From Callorhinchus milii (Eukaryota), in the NCBI RefSeq assembly GCF_018977255.1, contig NW_024704745.1, positions 11,408,001-11,472,000 on the forward strand: DNA of 64,000 nt. Reading direction: 5' to 3'. Each line of letters starts with the position of its first letter. Positions within the stretch are counted from its first letter, which is position 1. This document shows, piece by piece, positions 27,701 through 40,563 of the stretch. The notes under the pieces are model-generated. The model saw nothing but the letters and a program-made list of their open reading frames with translations, did no database searches and was not told the origin of the DNA. The position numbers and the translations under genes were made by a program.

Positions 27701-30640
27701 ACATACTTCTGTAAACATTTCCATTCTGAAACATTAGCCCAGTTGTTATATTATGCAATGGTTTCTGTAAACTTTAATTTTGATTTGGAATGATAGAAAC
27801 TCAACTTCGGCTATCGTTGATTTAAAATGGTGTGCAGATATGATTTTTGGTGGTCATTTACATGCATTTTGTATAGGACCAAGAAAAGAGGGATACTGTT
27901 ACTAAGCAATGTAAATTTCATAATTTATTAACCCATTCATTGTGTCTGAATGAAGATGTGCAACAGCTCAGTGGGTGCAAATGTAAAAGTCCTCAACTGG
28001 ATTGAACTGTTCCCACGCATGGTGGTACATTCCTTATATAATAAGACTGCATCACAGTATCCTGCGGACGCCCCTGTATCCAGTGCACCTTAATGCAGCA
28101 CCACAATTGAGCATGTACACAAACATGCTGACTGGTTTTTAATCAAACTTGTGATAGATGGTTGGAGATGACGGACCTTTACCAGTGCAAATGTTGCTTA
28201 TACCAGTGTCAATATGCTTATACCATTAGCAGATGTGCAGTGACAACTTTGTAGTGTGGGTTCAATTTACCTTTAAGATTACTTTATCTCTAGTTCTTAA
28301 AAGATTCCAGTTTTCATTACATAAGCTGTTTCCTCTACTTGCATATTTTGCACTATCAAAGCTGCTACTTTTGAGTAGAGCAGTGTTTCAAAAATCCCCA
28401 AACTGACCAGTCAGTTGCAACAAATTTAAAGCTAAAGGATAACTTTCTGAATAGCAGACTGAAAGCTTGATGCTGCCGGTCGGTCAAGATGTAAAGTCCT
28501 AATATGAAAGATTAAAGTTCCCACAGCACCAAAAAACAGGTCATCGGCTATTAGGATAGCTGAAATTGATTGTAATGCTAGCTTTAATATAAGTCTGTCA
28601 AGCACTGGAACTCAACCCATTGATATATTACTTTTATAATTGATTGTAGTGAAACTCATTCTGTTTTTCACCAACGTAGCTATCTACAGAAACTGCAACT
28701 ATTTGAATGGAGGTTTTGAAGGGTAAATTGAATGGAAGAACAAAGAGAATCATTCCAATATTTTCAGAAGTGGTGGAGGTCACAGTATATTACAAAAATC
28801 AGCACACTGGATTATGTGAGCAGTCACATTCTTGCTTTACCAGTTTCATAATCTTTACACTGCTTTTGGTGATTCCGCACTATTGCTTAGAAAGCACGTA
28901 TGATTACAGAACAACAATTGCACTGAATAAGGTCCGAATATTTTTAAACCAGGCTAACATGAATTCAGATTTTGGTAATAAAAACAGCTGCCTGTGATGC
29001 ATAAAAGGTTTGAAGCTTATTTCAGAAAGGCACCTTCCTGGAAGCTTCCAGCCTCACAGAATTTGAGATTGCTCTTCGATGAATTTTTCAAGGTTGCGCT
29101 TCTACAAACTGGTCTTCATTAATTGGTAATGTTAGCCCCTTTAAAACATACCTACAGCCCCTTAAACATTCTCGCACCCAAAACGTGAAACATTGTGATT
29201 GAGCACCACTTTGAGAGAGACCAGGCATCTTGCAGGCTTCTCACAATTCACAAGCGGGTTAATAGAGATATTTTCTTTAATGTTTCGCATGGGAAATAAG
29301 CAGTCAAATTCCTTGATGAAGATTGTATACGGAATGATAGAGGATCCCATAACTAAAGAATGATCTGATACGAAGATCTAGCAAACAAAAACTCCTGTTG
29401 TTCAAAACAACTTGTATCATTCTTTGGGAATGTGTCCCAGTTCCTCCATTTAGTCGATTAATATGCACAAGAAGTTCTGCAGAAGAATTTCAGTAAAGGT
29501 CTGCTGTTTTAAATTCTTTTCTCCATTTGGGGGTGTAAAAATCTTTATTCAGCATACAAAGGCAGCTACAGGAAGAGTTTGAATTTAGTTCAACCAGTCC
29601 TTTCACATAGCCTTAATAAATCATTAAAATTTTACTCTGTATTGGGCTGTTTTTTTATTATTTAATTTGATCTTGAGCACCTATTAAATCATTGGTGTTT
29701 AGACAGCGATGATGTTTTGGTAATTCAGATTCTCACCTCACTGTTGCCCCATTAAGTGTCTTATCAAAATTACCTTCTCCAAAATGGATGTCTTCTCAAC
29801 AGGTATAAATAAACAGATCTATTTTCTAGTCACTGCCCCCAACTACTGGGATATGTTTTTTTTTGCAATGCTGTTTATAGAGGATCTTGAGTATTTTTGC
29901 AAAACCAATCTTTAAAGCAAATTACTTATGACTGAAAAGGAAAAGGGGGGAGGGGGTGGGGGTGATTTTACAATTCTCAAGGAACGTTTGACTGTTTTCC
30001 AAAAATGCACAACACTGTACATTTTAAATAATGTTGGCTTGACACATATTCATTGAATCATGCAGTGGAAGTAATACAATTTGTAGCTAAAAATTAACCA
30101 GTTTATGGAAAAGTACTTTATAATATTGTTCATATGATTCAAGTGATTAGTCTCACAAGTCTACGGAAATTAAAAATGATTGCCTTTGCCAAATGACTCG
30201 TGGCCACAGTGGTTTTAAATCAATACCAGCACTAGAATTGCTAGGAACATCTTTATAAATGGACGTATAGTCTCCATTATTACAAACATGTCTAATTAAA
30301 ACAATGTTGGCTCCAATGATTATAGTCATTTGATAGTTGAATTGTGGTGAATTGGGGACTGGAGTGAAAAAAACATTAGGAGCTAAGTCAGATAATTACT
30401 GAGGGTGTACTTCTTTATATCAACAAATTGTATTACTTCATATAACTTACAGATTTCTTTCTCTGAAGCTTTCTTGAAGCTCACCAAGATTCAGAATAGT
30501 AACATCACATGGCAGCTTGTCTTGTTTATTACCATTACAGCAATTTCAGTTCAAGTAGTGTTCAGCTGTGCATTGTTTTACTGTGAATTTTTTTATACTA
30601 ATAAAGGCATGTTTTTTTTAATAAAAGAGTGGTGATGGAA
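15762..30640 (+). other. POU2F1: Probable very long POU2F1 3'UTR (end uncertain, about 27.3, 30.6 or 32.5 kb)
   Basis: Follows the stop codon; AT-rich with many TGTA and U-rich tracts; almost no young SINE/LINE copies. Candidate signals: TATAAA ~27329, tandem AATAAA at 30600 and 30620 with GT-rich sequence downstream, ATTAAA 32434. Mammalian POU2F1 is known for a >10 kb 3'UTR. Confidence 0.55.
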
Positions 30641-33600
30641 AGCTTAAAGTGGCTCTAACCCTTGCGTTGTGAGCAGGAATGTGACATTAAGTTGCGTGTT
30701 GTGTGAAAAATATTTCCAACGATAAAACTGGTGTGAATGCACACATCATTGTAATTTGTATACTGACACATTGCAACAGTAAGGCATTATTGTTAAGCAT
30801 TGATTTGTATATTGCTGTGTTCTGGTATAACCATACAAACTTACAATATACAGTATTGTTTCTGGCTCAAGATAAACTCGGTCAGAAGTGCAAAGATTAA
30901 CCGAATAACCATTGGAAAGTTGTAATTAAGAACTAGTCTGTCAGGATATTAAATTTTACACTTTGGCAAATTTAGACGTTTGATGGTGTTCGGTGATTTT
31001 GTTATTTCTGTTGCTGAATATTCTGCCCTTCTTTAGTTTACTGATCTGGCTGCACATTTTAGTCTTTTCAGTCAAAACATTTTTTAAAAGAGCTGCACAT
31101 CCTCAATCCTTAAACACAATTTTTAACTACAACCACTGAAATGAATTTGCAGGTTTAAGAGACTTGTAATATACTACTGATAACCATGATAAATGGATTG
31201 GAATTCCTGGCTTGCAAGCTAGAAATTGCTCATCAAAATGCACATTTTAGCTCTTTGTAGTGGTTGAGCATTTGAATAATTGTTGCACCCCTATATTTAG
31301 GAACAGAGTCAACTTTGAAGCAGTTTGTAAGCTTTTCAAGTGTGAGAAATAGGAAAGCAACACTTCAATGATGCTATTCTATCACACGTTTTGAAAAAAA
31401 GTTAATGATTAATGTAATGTTTATGAGGTTGAACAATTTCGATTTAAAATTCCATTCAGAGGGAGATGCAAATTTTAGCTAAATCTGATCCGAGTATAAA
31501 TAGTAGCACTATTAGGCTCAAAGTTGGAGTTAGTGGGAGATTCATGCAATTTTAAAGGACAACATTTCTTTTGGTCATACTGCAGTTATTTACCAAATTG
31601 TAACTTCTGTTAGTCAACAACACTTTATGTGCTTTTAACTGTTGAACTCAATGAGTGGTAACATCCAGTACCTTGAGACGTCCTTAAGACTTGAAAGGCG
31701 TTACATAAATGTAATTTGTTATTTGATGGGATGGAGCACTTGCAACATTGCTTCACTTAGAAAAGTAATTATGAAGAGGATGAGTAGGCATCAGAATTGG
31801 AACTAGCAACCCATGTTAGGATCTTGAATGCAAATACCACAGAAAAAGAAACAAACTGCTCCAAAATGAGCTGGTGACAAGTATAAGTGAGCAACCTTTC
31901 CTGTGAAAATGTGACAGTTATCTTGTGATTTTTTTTTAAAAAATGTAAAAATTGACTTAATATCCCATTATAAATGACTGCACATTTTCTCAGACTAACA
32001 TATTGATAGTGTCTGGTTTTGAAGTCATGCTAATGGCTACTTGCCTGGTCTGCTGTACATTGGATAAATATTTGAGCATAGAAGTGTTAATTTATTCCCC
32101 CACCCCCTTAATTTAAAAAAAATCTATTCCAACTAAATCTTATTTTCCTAATTTATTATCAAGCCAGATACACAGCGATAATTATTGTTAATCAATGGAA
32201 TACTACTCGATTGTATTAAAAATGCAAATTTAACAATTTTGCTTCTGTCTGCATTAAGGTACTCTTTTTAACGTTCTTTTCAAATTCATTTTCATTGTAC
32301 AGTGAGTCACTGCAGATAAAACTGTCTTTAAGAACTGCCATGAGAGAATTCCATTGCAGCTAGATTTTTTGTATTGTAATGTGGTCATTTTATCTAATCA
32401 TTTTGTATTCATTTTTGTAATGACGTCTTGTTCATTAAAAATATGACTTCAAATGCTGATGAGAAACCGTTATTTCATGTTTATCTCTGCAGTCAATTTA
32501 TTTTCACAGATTTATCGCATAAAGGTTAGTTGACCTTTCGGTTAATCCCACTTAAACATGGCCTTAAAATAATTGTCTTTGTGTACAGCTACCTTGTGTT
32601 ACCATTCTGTTGTGTTTAATTATAATGTAAATGACATATGGGTGACTTATCATTAAACTTTTTTTTCTAAAAAAAATCCAGAAACCAGTAACTACGTAGA
32701 ACCTATTTGAGCAGATTTGGCAAAAACTAATCAGTGAGTTAACACATTGAACCATCTAAATTGAACATAGTATGTTTCTTATTTTCAACTTGGGTCATGA
32801 GGATTGATGGAAATTGGAAGGATTTCTATTTCCATTGCTCAAACATGGCTGTTAGCTAACTGACTGGAAAAAAATACAATAGGGTCCTCCACAGAAATAA
32901 TAAATTGTATGTTGTGTCTTAAATCCTACTCATTTTATATTACCAAATCCACTGTGGTAAAGGTTGAACAATGCACAGCCAAGATTCAACCCATCATAGC
33001 TTGAGGGGAGCTTTCCTCATTGTTCGTTCAAATTGAAGGAATAATTGTACAGTTTAAACATTATAATTTAATTACAAAATGTACAGTCGATTAACTTTGC
33101 GGTATATTCTGTGAAGCACTTTGAGACGTCACAATGACTTGATAAGGCGCTATATTAAATGCAAGGATTATTATTAATTTGAGTAAGATCTATTAAGGTA
33201 CTATTGAGGTTATTTTTGAGAAATATTAAAGGGTATTGGAAACGAGCAGGAAAAGTGGAGAACACTGCAATTTTGATGGCCTGAATGGGCAGTTTTGTGC
33301 TGATAACATTTTATTATTCATTACTTGTCTCGTCAACATTTCAAATATTTGCCATCAATAATCTTAGTTTGTCCCCTCTGAAACCTAAAATTAAAACCCA
33401 AACCAAATGTAATTATTCAATACAAAATCAATTTAATTAATGGAAAACATTGTCAAAGGCATGGAAAAATTCTTAGCAATGATGTTTCAAACAATACTAA
33501 ACCACTTTATTAGACAAGCAAGAATGCTTATGGGTACAGATTGAAGTGTATTTTTTACAGCAATGTTTAATCAATAAGCTGTTCAACATTGATCCACAAA

Positions 33601-35283
33601 TTCCTCCTTAAAATAAACCACAGAACTCCCCTGTTTATAGTACTATTCAGTTTGCTGATCTCTTGATGCTTATTCCATTCTGTTTTCCTCTACTACATTG
33701 GCTTGTCATTACAAAACTATTGCATACTTACTCCACACTCTTTCCTGGGTAATACAGTATCCATTCCGTAGATCCCTGTGGATATCCACTTCCCTTGGAA
33801 GCCAATATGTTATCACTTGTTTTGTGCCTTTTAATGTGCAGTATATACACTGAAAAACTGAACTATGCCACCACACTACTAATTCTGCGTGCTGAGGATC
33901 AATGGAAAAGATTCCCGAGGATCGAGGAACAATGTGGCTAATCCAAACAGGTCAGGACCTAATGCTGCCCAGACTAGTGATTTGCTTAGATGTGCAATTG
34001 GAAGAACATAAAAGGGAGAAGAGTACCATCTTTCACAAGATTTAGTCAGTGCTGTATGGTACTGAAATATTTTAATCACAGGCGTTACAATTAATAGCCG
34101 TGGATGGTATTAATATTCTAATGCAACTTTTAAAAAAAAGCAAAATTGCTATTACACAGCATAGTAAATCATTGTTCTCCACCAAGTTGGGTTGTATGTA
34201 CAGTTTTTTTGGTAAACCTTCGACAGACATGACAGAATGTAAAACATAAAAAATAGAAGTGGAATAAAAGGATGTAATGCAAAGAAAAGCATCAAGAAAC
34301 ATGAATGTATCTTGTCAGTTGGCCACAATTGTAAAATTTGTGATGTTTCTTAACAGATTTTCAGCTTTTGAATCTTCACCTCAAATAGGGCTGTAAAGCA
34401 AGATTCAAGCTGGTTATGTGAAAAAAATAGGCACCAAGTAAAAGATTTACAGTATAAGCAGTGATAAGACTGTTCACTGTAATCATTACAATTAGAAAAC
34501 AAAGGAGTTTCCCCGAGTAGCTAAGACCTTATAAGTTCAGAATGTCTGCTAATGGCAATTGCATAATTCTTGAAGACACAGTGGTACTAATGTAGTTTAT
34601 AGTTAATTAACTCCTCATATTACTGACTTACTGGTGTATTAGTATCTGATGAACAGAATGAAAAAATTCCAACAAGGAAAAAAAACGTGAGCTGGATTAA
34701 TTAGAACATTGTTTATCCATAGTATAACACCACTAAAATGAATGACTGTTTCAGATGAGCCAAAAAACCATTACATTTGCTCGCTTTATGCAGGGGACCT
34801 ATTGAATGCATAGGAGACGGCAAATATAAAGAAAGATACAGCTACAGTTCTATCAATGGCATAAAATATAGAAACAACGCTAAGAATATGTGCATATTTA
34901 AAGCACTGGCTGGGTTGGATTAAAATAAGCTTCATTTTAAAACCGCTATTTGTCAATTTCACATCATAAGTAAATTGGAAAGTGAGAAAGGGTAGAATTT
35001 TACTATTTTGCAAGTCAATTTTAAAGCTTAACATGTAACTGTTATGCAGCGGTGTAAATTTAAAATTATCGCTGAGGATTTTAATCCTAGAAATTTGCTT
35101 CTTTTAATGCCACTGGCCTTCGATTCCCAAATAAATACTTCCACATTTAAAAGCTTTCTGTAATGCCTTCAGCCGCCTTTCTGCTCAGGACCATGTAATG
35201 ATTCTAGATTATCTGCTTCCTTATATTCACTTCTGTTATGATGCGTAGAGCTTTCCAGAATTGATCATGTTCGCTCCACGTAA

Positions 35284-35289
35284 TTTATT
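35284..35289 (-). terminator. Candidate CD247 poly(A) signal (AATAAA on -)
   Basis: tttatt on +, about 800 nt after the CD247 stop; other candidates exist further down (~33506). Confidence 0.35.
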
Positions 35290-36085
35290 TCTTAGTGGAA
35301 TAATAAAAGGATATACACATAGGAGGGATAGGAGTTAGATAGTAGCATCATGCAGTACTAAAGTCTCACTTTTTGCACAAAGGTTTTCTCAAAACCAATC
35401 TTCAGGCTGAATAATCACTGTTTGCATAGCAATAAATTATGTACAGCTAAGGTAGACTATTTGTTAGTTATATTTTGTACAACTATAAAAGATCTTTTCT
35501 GCAACATTTTAATATGTTCCTTGCCTCTGTGATTACCTTAATTCACCATCCAAAACTAACTGCTCACACTGCATCTCACTTTGCTTTCATGAATGGCCAT
35601 GTTGGTTTGATTGTAATCAATCCTGTTTTTTCATGCTGCTCCTTTTTCCAGGTTGCTCTGTCAGAGGCTGTTTCAAAGTATGTAAGTATATTTACAGGTT
35701 GCATATATTTTGTTACTATTATTTTAAAAGTTACACCATTTTCATGCCTGAAGTAGCATTGCATTATACAACGACTTTATACAAAAATGCTGAAGAAATA
35801 TTGAAATAGTTTTAAACATTCAAGATAGCCTCTGCCTCATCTTTATATCATCTTAAAATCAGCAATATGATACAGCGGGACAAGGAATGCTTACAGGAGT
35901 TACAGAATGCTGCGACAGATGTTAAAGAATGCTTCGTCTACAACTTAATACATTGATTTCCTAGTTCATGCAAATACATAACACTGGTATGGACGTTTCT
36001 TGAGTAGCATTAACTTTTGTCCTGGTAAAATTCAGTTGATAAAAAGTTTTCCATTGTTGGTCATCTTGATATTTCCAAATCGTTC

Positions 36086-36160
36086 TCAGTGACGGGGAGG
36101 TGGAGGTAATGGACCCATTTTCAGACTGTCATAAGTATCTTGTGTAGCACTACTCAGTCC
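36086..36160 (-). CDS. CD247: CD247 exon 8, completes ITAM3 and carries the stop
   Basis: ttgcag|GGA...CAC TGA; GLSSATQDTYDSLKMGPLPPPPRH*; ITAM3 = YQGL-x7-YDSL. Confidence 0.96.
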   Translation of the reverse strand, partial: GLSSATQDTYDSLKMGPLPPPPRH

Positions 36161-36199
36161 CTGCAAAAGTTAAAAAAAATTAAGCCTTTATTTATCTTG

Positions 36200-36452
36200 C
36201 GTCTTTAAAGACCCCTATGGTGCTATTCGAAAAGAGATGGGAGTTTCTCCTGGTGTCCTGGCCAATAAATAAATAAATCCAATAAATAAAATTGGTTATT
36301 CATTTCATTGCTGATTGTGTGACATTGCTGTGCGCAAATTCGCTGCTGCACTCACCTTCAAAATGCACAGTCACTACATTTTACAGCAATATCCTGTAAA
36401 GGTCTTTGAGACATTTTGACGACGTGATATCTCAAATGCAAGGCTTATCATT
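36200..36452 (+). mobile_element. Deu-domain SINE (family B) 3' portion in CD247 intron 7
   Basis: taaagacccctatggtgctattcgaaaagagatgggagtttctcctggtgtcctggccaat...aaatgcaagg. Confidence 0.75.
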
Positions 36453-37264
36453 GATGATCATTTATCAATTCCCCATGTAAACAGTCTATTAACTGTTTAC
36501 AAATCTGCATTCGACTGTGTACACTTTCTGCCATTTTCCTTGCAGATGAGATGCTGTTGGCTCAGTATTCCTCATGAATGAGGTGCAGCCAAATGTCATT
36601 TCTGATTTAGGTCAAGGGTAGAAACGAGATCACAAAGAGGTAGATTTATGAATTATTTATGTGAATTTGGAATAATTTGTGCAAAATAATTGTCAAAATT
36701 TTACTTTTTAGGTAAAGTCATTCACCAAGCTTGGAAAGTGGAGAATATCATCTATTATGGATGTTCATGTGGCTTTAGTACACGCTAGGAAGAATTCTCC
36801 TTTTAACCTTCAAGCAAATGTTATCCTTGGAAGAACGATGGCAGAGATGGCTTTATTTTAGCCTGTGCAATAATTTATGGTCAGCATTAAAGGTTTTGTT
36901 ACTGACAAGCTTCAGCTTTTAGTAACCATGGTAACCAAAAACTGTAAAAAGACCAGACTTTTGCTGTCCATTTGGGGGAAAAAAATGTAGTTTCAGGGAT
37001 GCGTTATGGGAATAGAACCTTTCGCCTTCTAAACGTCAATAGGGAACATCCAATTGGTTTCTGTTGCTTGCTAGGAAGTAGCATGAAGTCCATCACTGCA
37101 CTTTAACTGGCAAAGGAACATTGCTTGTTGAGTAGTGCAGCCATTATGGAACAATTTTTAGGTGGCATCTAACACTACATCACCTTTAATGGTAATATCC
37201 CAGTGTCCTTCCTTACACCCAACAGAGCACGCATCAATCATTATTTTAATTGCTAATTTCCTAC

Positions 37265-37300
37265 CTGGTAAATGTCGTTCCCTCCTTTGCCTCTTCGTGC
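37265..37300 (-). CDS. CD247: CD247 exon 7, first half of ITAM3
   Basis: caacag|GCA...CAG|gtagg; 36 nt; ARRGKGGNDIYQ (cf. mammalian RRRGKGHDGLYQ). Confidence 0.95.
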
Positions 37301-39033
37301 CTGTTGAAGTAAAGAATGGCACAGGTTAGGACCGTTTTGGTTATTGTTGAAATACATGAATAGTTTATCAATGACCCCAGGACTACGCAAAAAAACCTGT
37401 TAAAGTAGAACCTTAATCCCACTATGCATTATGGATGGAAATGGAAGCATCCTAATTGCTATGGTATGGGATAGGGCGGAGTCTGCAGACTACAGAAAGG
37501 GGAATTTTCCTAATCGAAAAGGATTTTCTCCCAGCTGCACTCCTTCCCCCCAACCAAACTACAATGTATTACATAACAAACACTACAAGAGAACTCAGCG
37601 ATAGTGAGGTAGTTGGAACACTATAAAATCCAAACATGCCTTATAATGTCGCTTTATGTGCACTCAGACAGGTGTCCTACCAGCGTTTTGAACGGAGACA
37701 ACATGATCTGAAGCAAGCTAGACTGTTCTCCCTGTGCTTTTTGGATTTTTCTTGGTAAGTAAACCAAATGTTATTTAAGCAAACCCACATTATAACAGGG
37801 ATCTATTGTTTTTTTTTACAGTTTTTCCCACAAAATAGTCGATTCACTTTACAGTAAAGCCTGTGAGGCGCTTTGAGATGTCTCAATGACGTGATAAGGC
37901 ACTATATCAAATTCAAGGATCATTATTATTATTATTTTGAGCAAGTCCCTTCCCAGGCTCCATCCCATACGTCTTCACTTTTAGGGAGATGTACTCTCTT
38001 CAAACTGACATTTTGAAAAGGAAATCTACAAAACATTGTGTAGACTATTAGAGAAACGAATGGTTCAGTCCATTCAATAGGGTAAACTACAAGAAAAAAC
38101 AGCTAAATAAAACTAGTAGCATGGCTCAGTTTGCAAACATATGCACATATAAGAACTCCATGCATTATATTGTATAGATCTGCAATGTTTCTAAAGCTGA
38201 TGTCCTCCCGACTTGAAAGGCGCTATACAAATGTAATTTGTTGTTTTTGTGGTATCTATCTGAGATGCTGGACAAATGAAAATCATCTTAGTCACCTACA
38301 TTATTTTCTTCTCAAACACCAACCCTTCTGTTACGATGGAATTACAATTTACACGTATAATGGAAAACTCACCTCAAGGTCATTTCACAAAGTTAGGCGA
38401 CTCGCTCATGTGTCAGTATTTTGCAGTATCTTTCATTTTAACATTGCAGTGTACAGTAATACAACCTCCCTCATGAACTCAATCTGCTTGTGTAGTCATA
38501 ATTCCTCTGTCCACTTGCTGATCCTATCAGTGAGTTTCCACTCTACATACTTCACTATATGCCAGACATGTTGAGAATGATGATGCATTTGTATCATGAT
38601 TCCCTGCCAGGCAAGCAGTCTAGTTGAGGGCTAACCCAGCAAGAATCAGACTGGAGCCTACCCTCCTGGCATCAGCAAATGCACACACACTATCTAAAAG
38701 TGCAGGCCATGCAACAACATATATATTGTACATTTTTATCCTTTGTGTACTGTACTATCTACAGGAGTAGATTGTATGTTCATTAATGATCAAAAGCTGA
38801 TCAGAATTTCTTTTTAGTATTATATTTACTATATTATCCCACACTAAAAAATCACTCCACTTTATAGTGTATCTGTGCTCCCAAAGTGAAAGACACTGTA
38901 CCAAATGTAAGGAGTATTATTATTATTATTTACACGTATGAATAAAACAAGTGGCATTGAAAGTTACAACTAGATAAGGCTGTGTGGATGAAGTTGCAGC
39001 ACGCATCAATAGATCAGTCAACATTTCTCATAC

Positions 39034-39090
39034 CTGCTGAGTTGGTTTCAGTTCACCGTATGCTTCACTCTTGTTCTTGGGATTCAGTTT
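39034..39090 (-). CDS. CD247: CD247 exon 6, completes ITAM2
   Basis: ttgtag|AAA...CAG|gtatg; 57 nt; KLNPKNKSEAYGELKPTQQ; ITAM2 = YTKL-x8-YGEL. Confidence 0.94.
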
Positions 39091-40515
39091 CTACAAATAA
39101 AATATACACATAGATATCTTCAGGCAAAAGTCTCTCATTTTGTAATGTTCATTAAGGATCAAAAGCTAATCAGAATAAAAAAAAATTACAACACAAAAAC
39201 ATCTATTTTTCCCCCCCAAAAAAATCCCTATTCATTTGGTTTGTCCTTCTACTCCACTCATGACCTCTTAACCGAGACTGTGACTATGACAGCTCCTTTC
39301 ACATGCTTACTCCAACACTCCTCCGGATAGCCCTGCTATTTTATAAATAGCTACTAGGCCGTGTATAAGAGTTGCAATGTTTTAAGTTGTTTCACAATTT
39401 CTACCCCTCTCTATGCTCAATGTTTCCCTGGAATAGTCCAGATCCAAATGGTTGGAAAATAAATTACCACAAAGCCAGTCCCAATGTCAAATATCTTCAG
39501 GTATCTATGCTGCAAGATAGGATGACCCTAAAAGCTTATAGATGTGGAGGCTGATGCAGTTAACTATAATTATTGGTTTGTGCTTCTGAAAAACTAATAC
39601 TGATTCACTCCTCTGTTTATAAAGTTTGCCGTTAACTAGGCATTTAATAGCACTGATGACAATTATAGAGATGCTGACTATACTCGGGATATTTTGCTCT
39701 GGGCTGTTTTGCAAACCAATTATGGGGACTTGTATGTATAAAAATTGAATTCACCACAATTCCTGATTCTGGCAGTACTGGAGAAGCTTGTTGGATCAAT
39801 GGCTGTATTTCTCTGATGAGTATATCCGTTTTAGAATTTTAATGTTGCTGAACTCAAAACAGGGCAAATTTGGCCCGGGTCACAATACCTCATATGGGGA
39901 TTGTTCCCAGAAACTGGGGACGTATAGTCACCCTAATGTGTAGGGTGTCACCCTCTGTGCCAATAAATGGTTTCCACTGAAGAATTAGGTCAGAATAAAA
40001 GAGCCTGGAGATCAGAGAGAGGAACTGCGGCCTCTATACCAGATGGCTTTTGGTCAAGGCTGTCCACTGCTTGAACTCTTCCACAATTGCTTGGGAGCAG
40101 GTGGTGAATTCAAATTCTTAATAACCATTTCTATTCCTTTTCAAATTAGTTCATGCCTTGCATTCACAAGCTAGTAAAACAATGAATTAATGGTAACTGC
40201 CATGGTATTTGTTCAGCTGGGATGGCCCTATCTGGTAGCATTTTGATTTGCAGGGTTTATGACTTGTCTGCACCTTTATTTCTCATCAACGAGCCAGGCA
40301 AACTCGTCAATCGACAACAGTGCCTGTACGGATCTCTCTTTGCCAAGTGTGTCTACCTTCTCATCTTCCTCAGGCAATAAAGCTCCATGCCAAGTAGTGC
40401 AACTGTGATCAGCATAGCTATCAGTGCCAATATTACACTTTATGTCTATTAATGCTCCTGCTTTTACTGCTGAAATGCAATTGCAAAATACTTTGAAGTC
40501 ACAAACGGTACTTAC

Positions 40516-40563
40516 AGTATAAGTATCATTCACATTTGCAGAATCATCTCTCCTCCTTCGGTT
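40516..40563 (-). CDS. CD247: CD247 exon 5, basic stretch and first half of ITAM2
   Basis: ttatcag|AAC...ACT|gtaag; 48 nt; NRRRRDDSANVNDTYT. Confidence 0.9.

Noticed and set aside
29030-29420. Coding-looking patch as a DNA-transposase relic
   Set aside because: All frames are interrupted and no motif could be recognised with confidence
31828-35975. Octamer sites (ATGCAAAT at 31828, 32222, ~35967) as Oct-1 autoregulation
   Set aside because: A handful of AT-rich 8-mers in 64 kb is unremarkable, and they are not clustered with other motifs
38131-38574. Longest ORF in the track (147 aa, +)
   Set aside because: Runs through a retroposon tail and low-complexity intron sequence antisense to CD247; no recognisable domain or splice context
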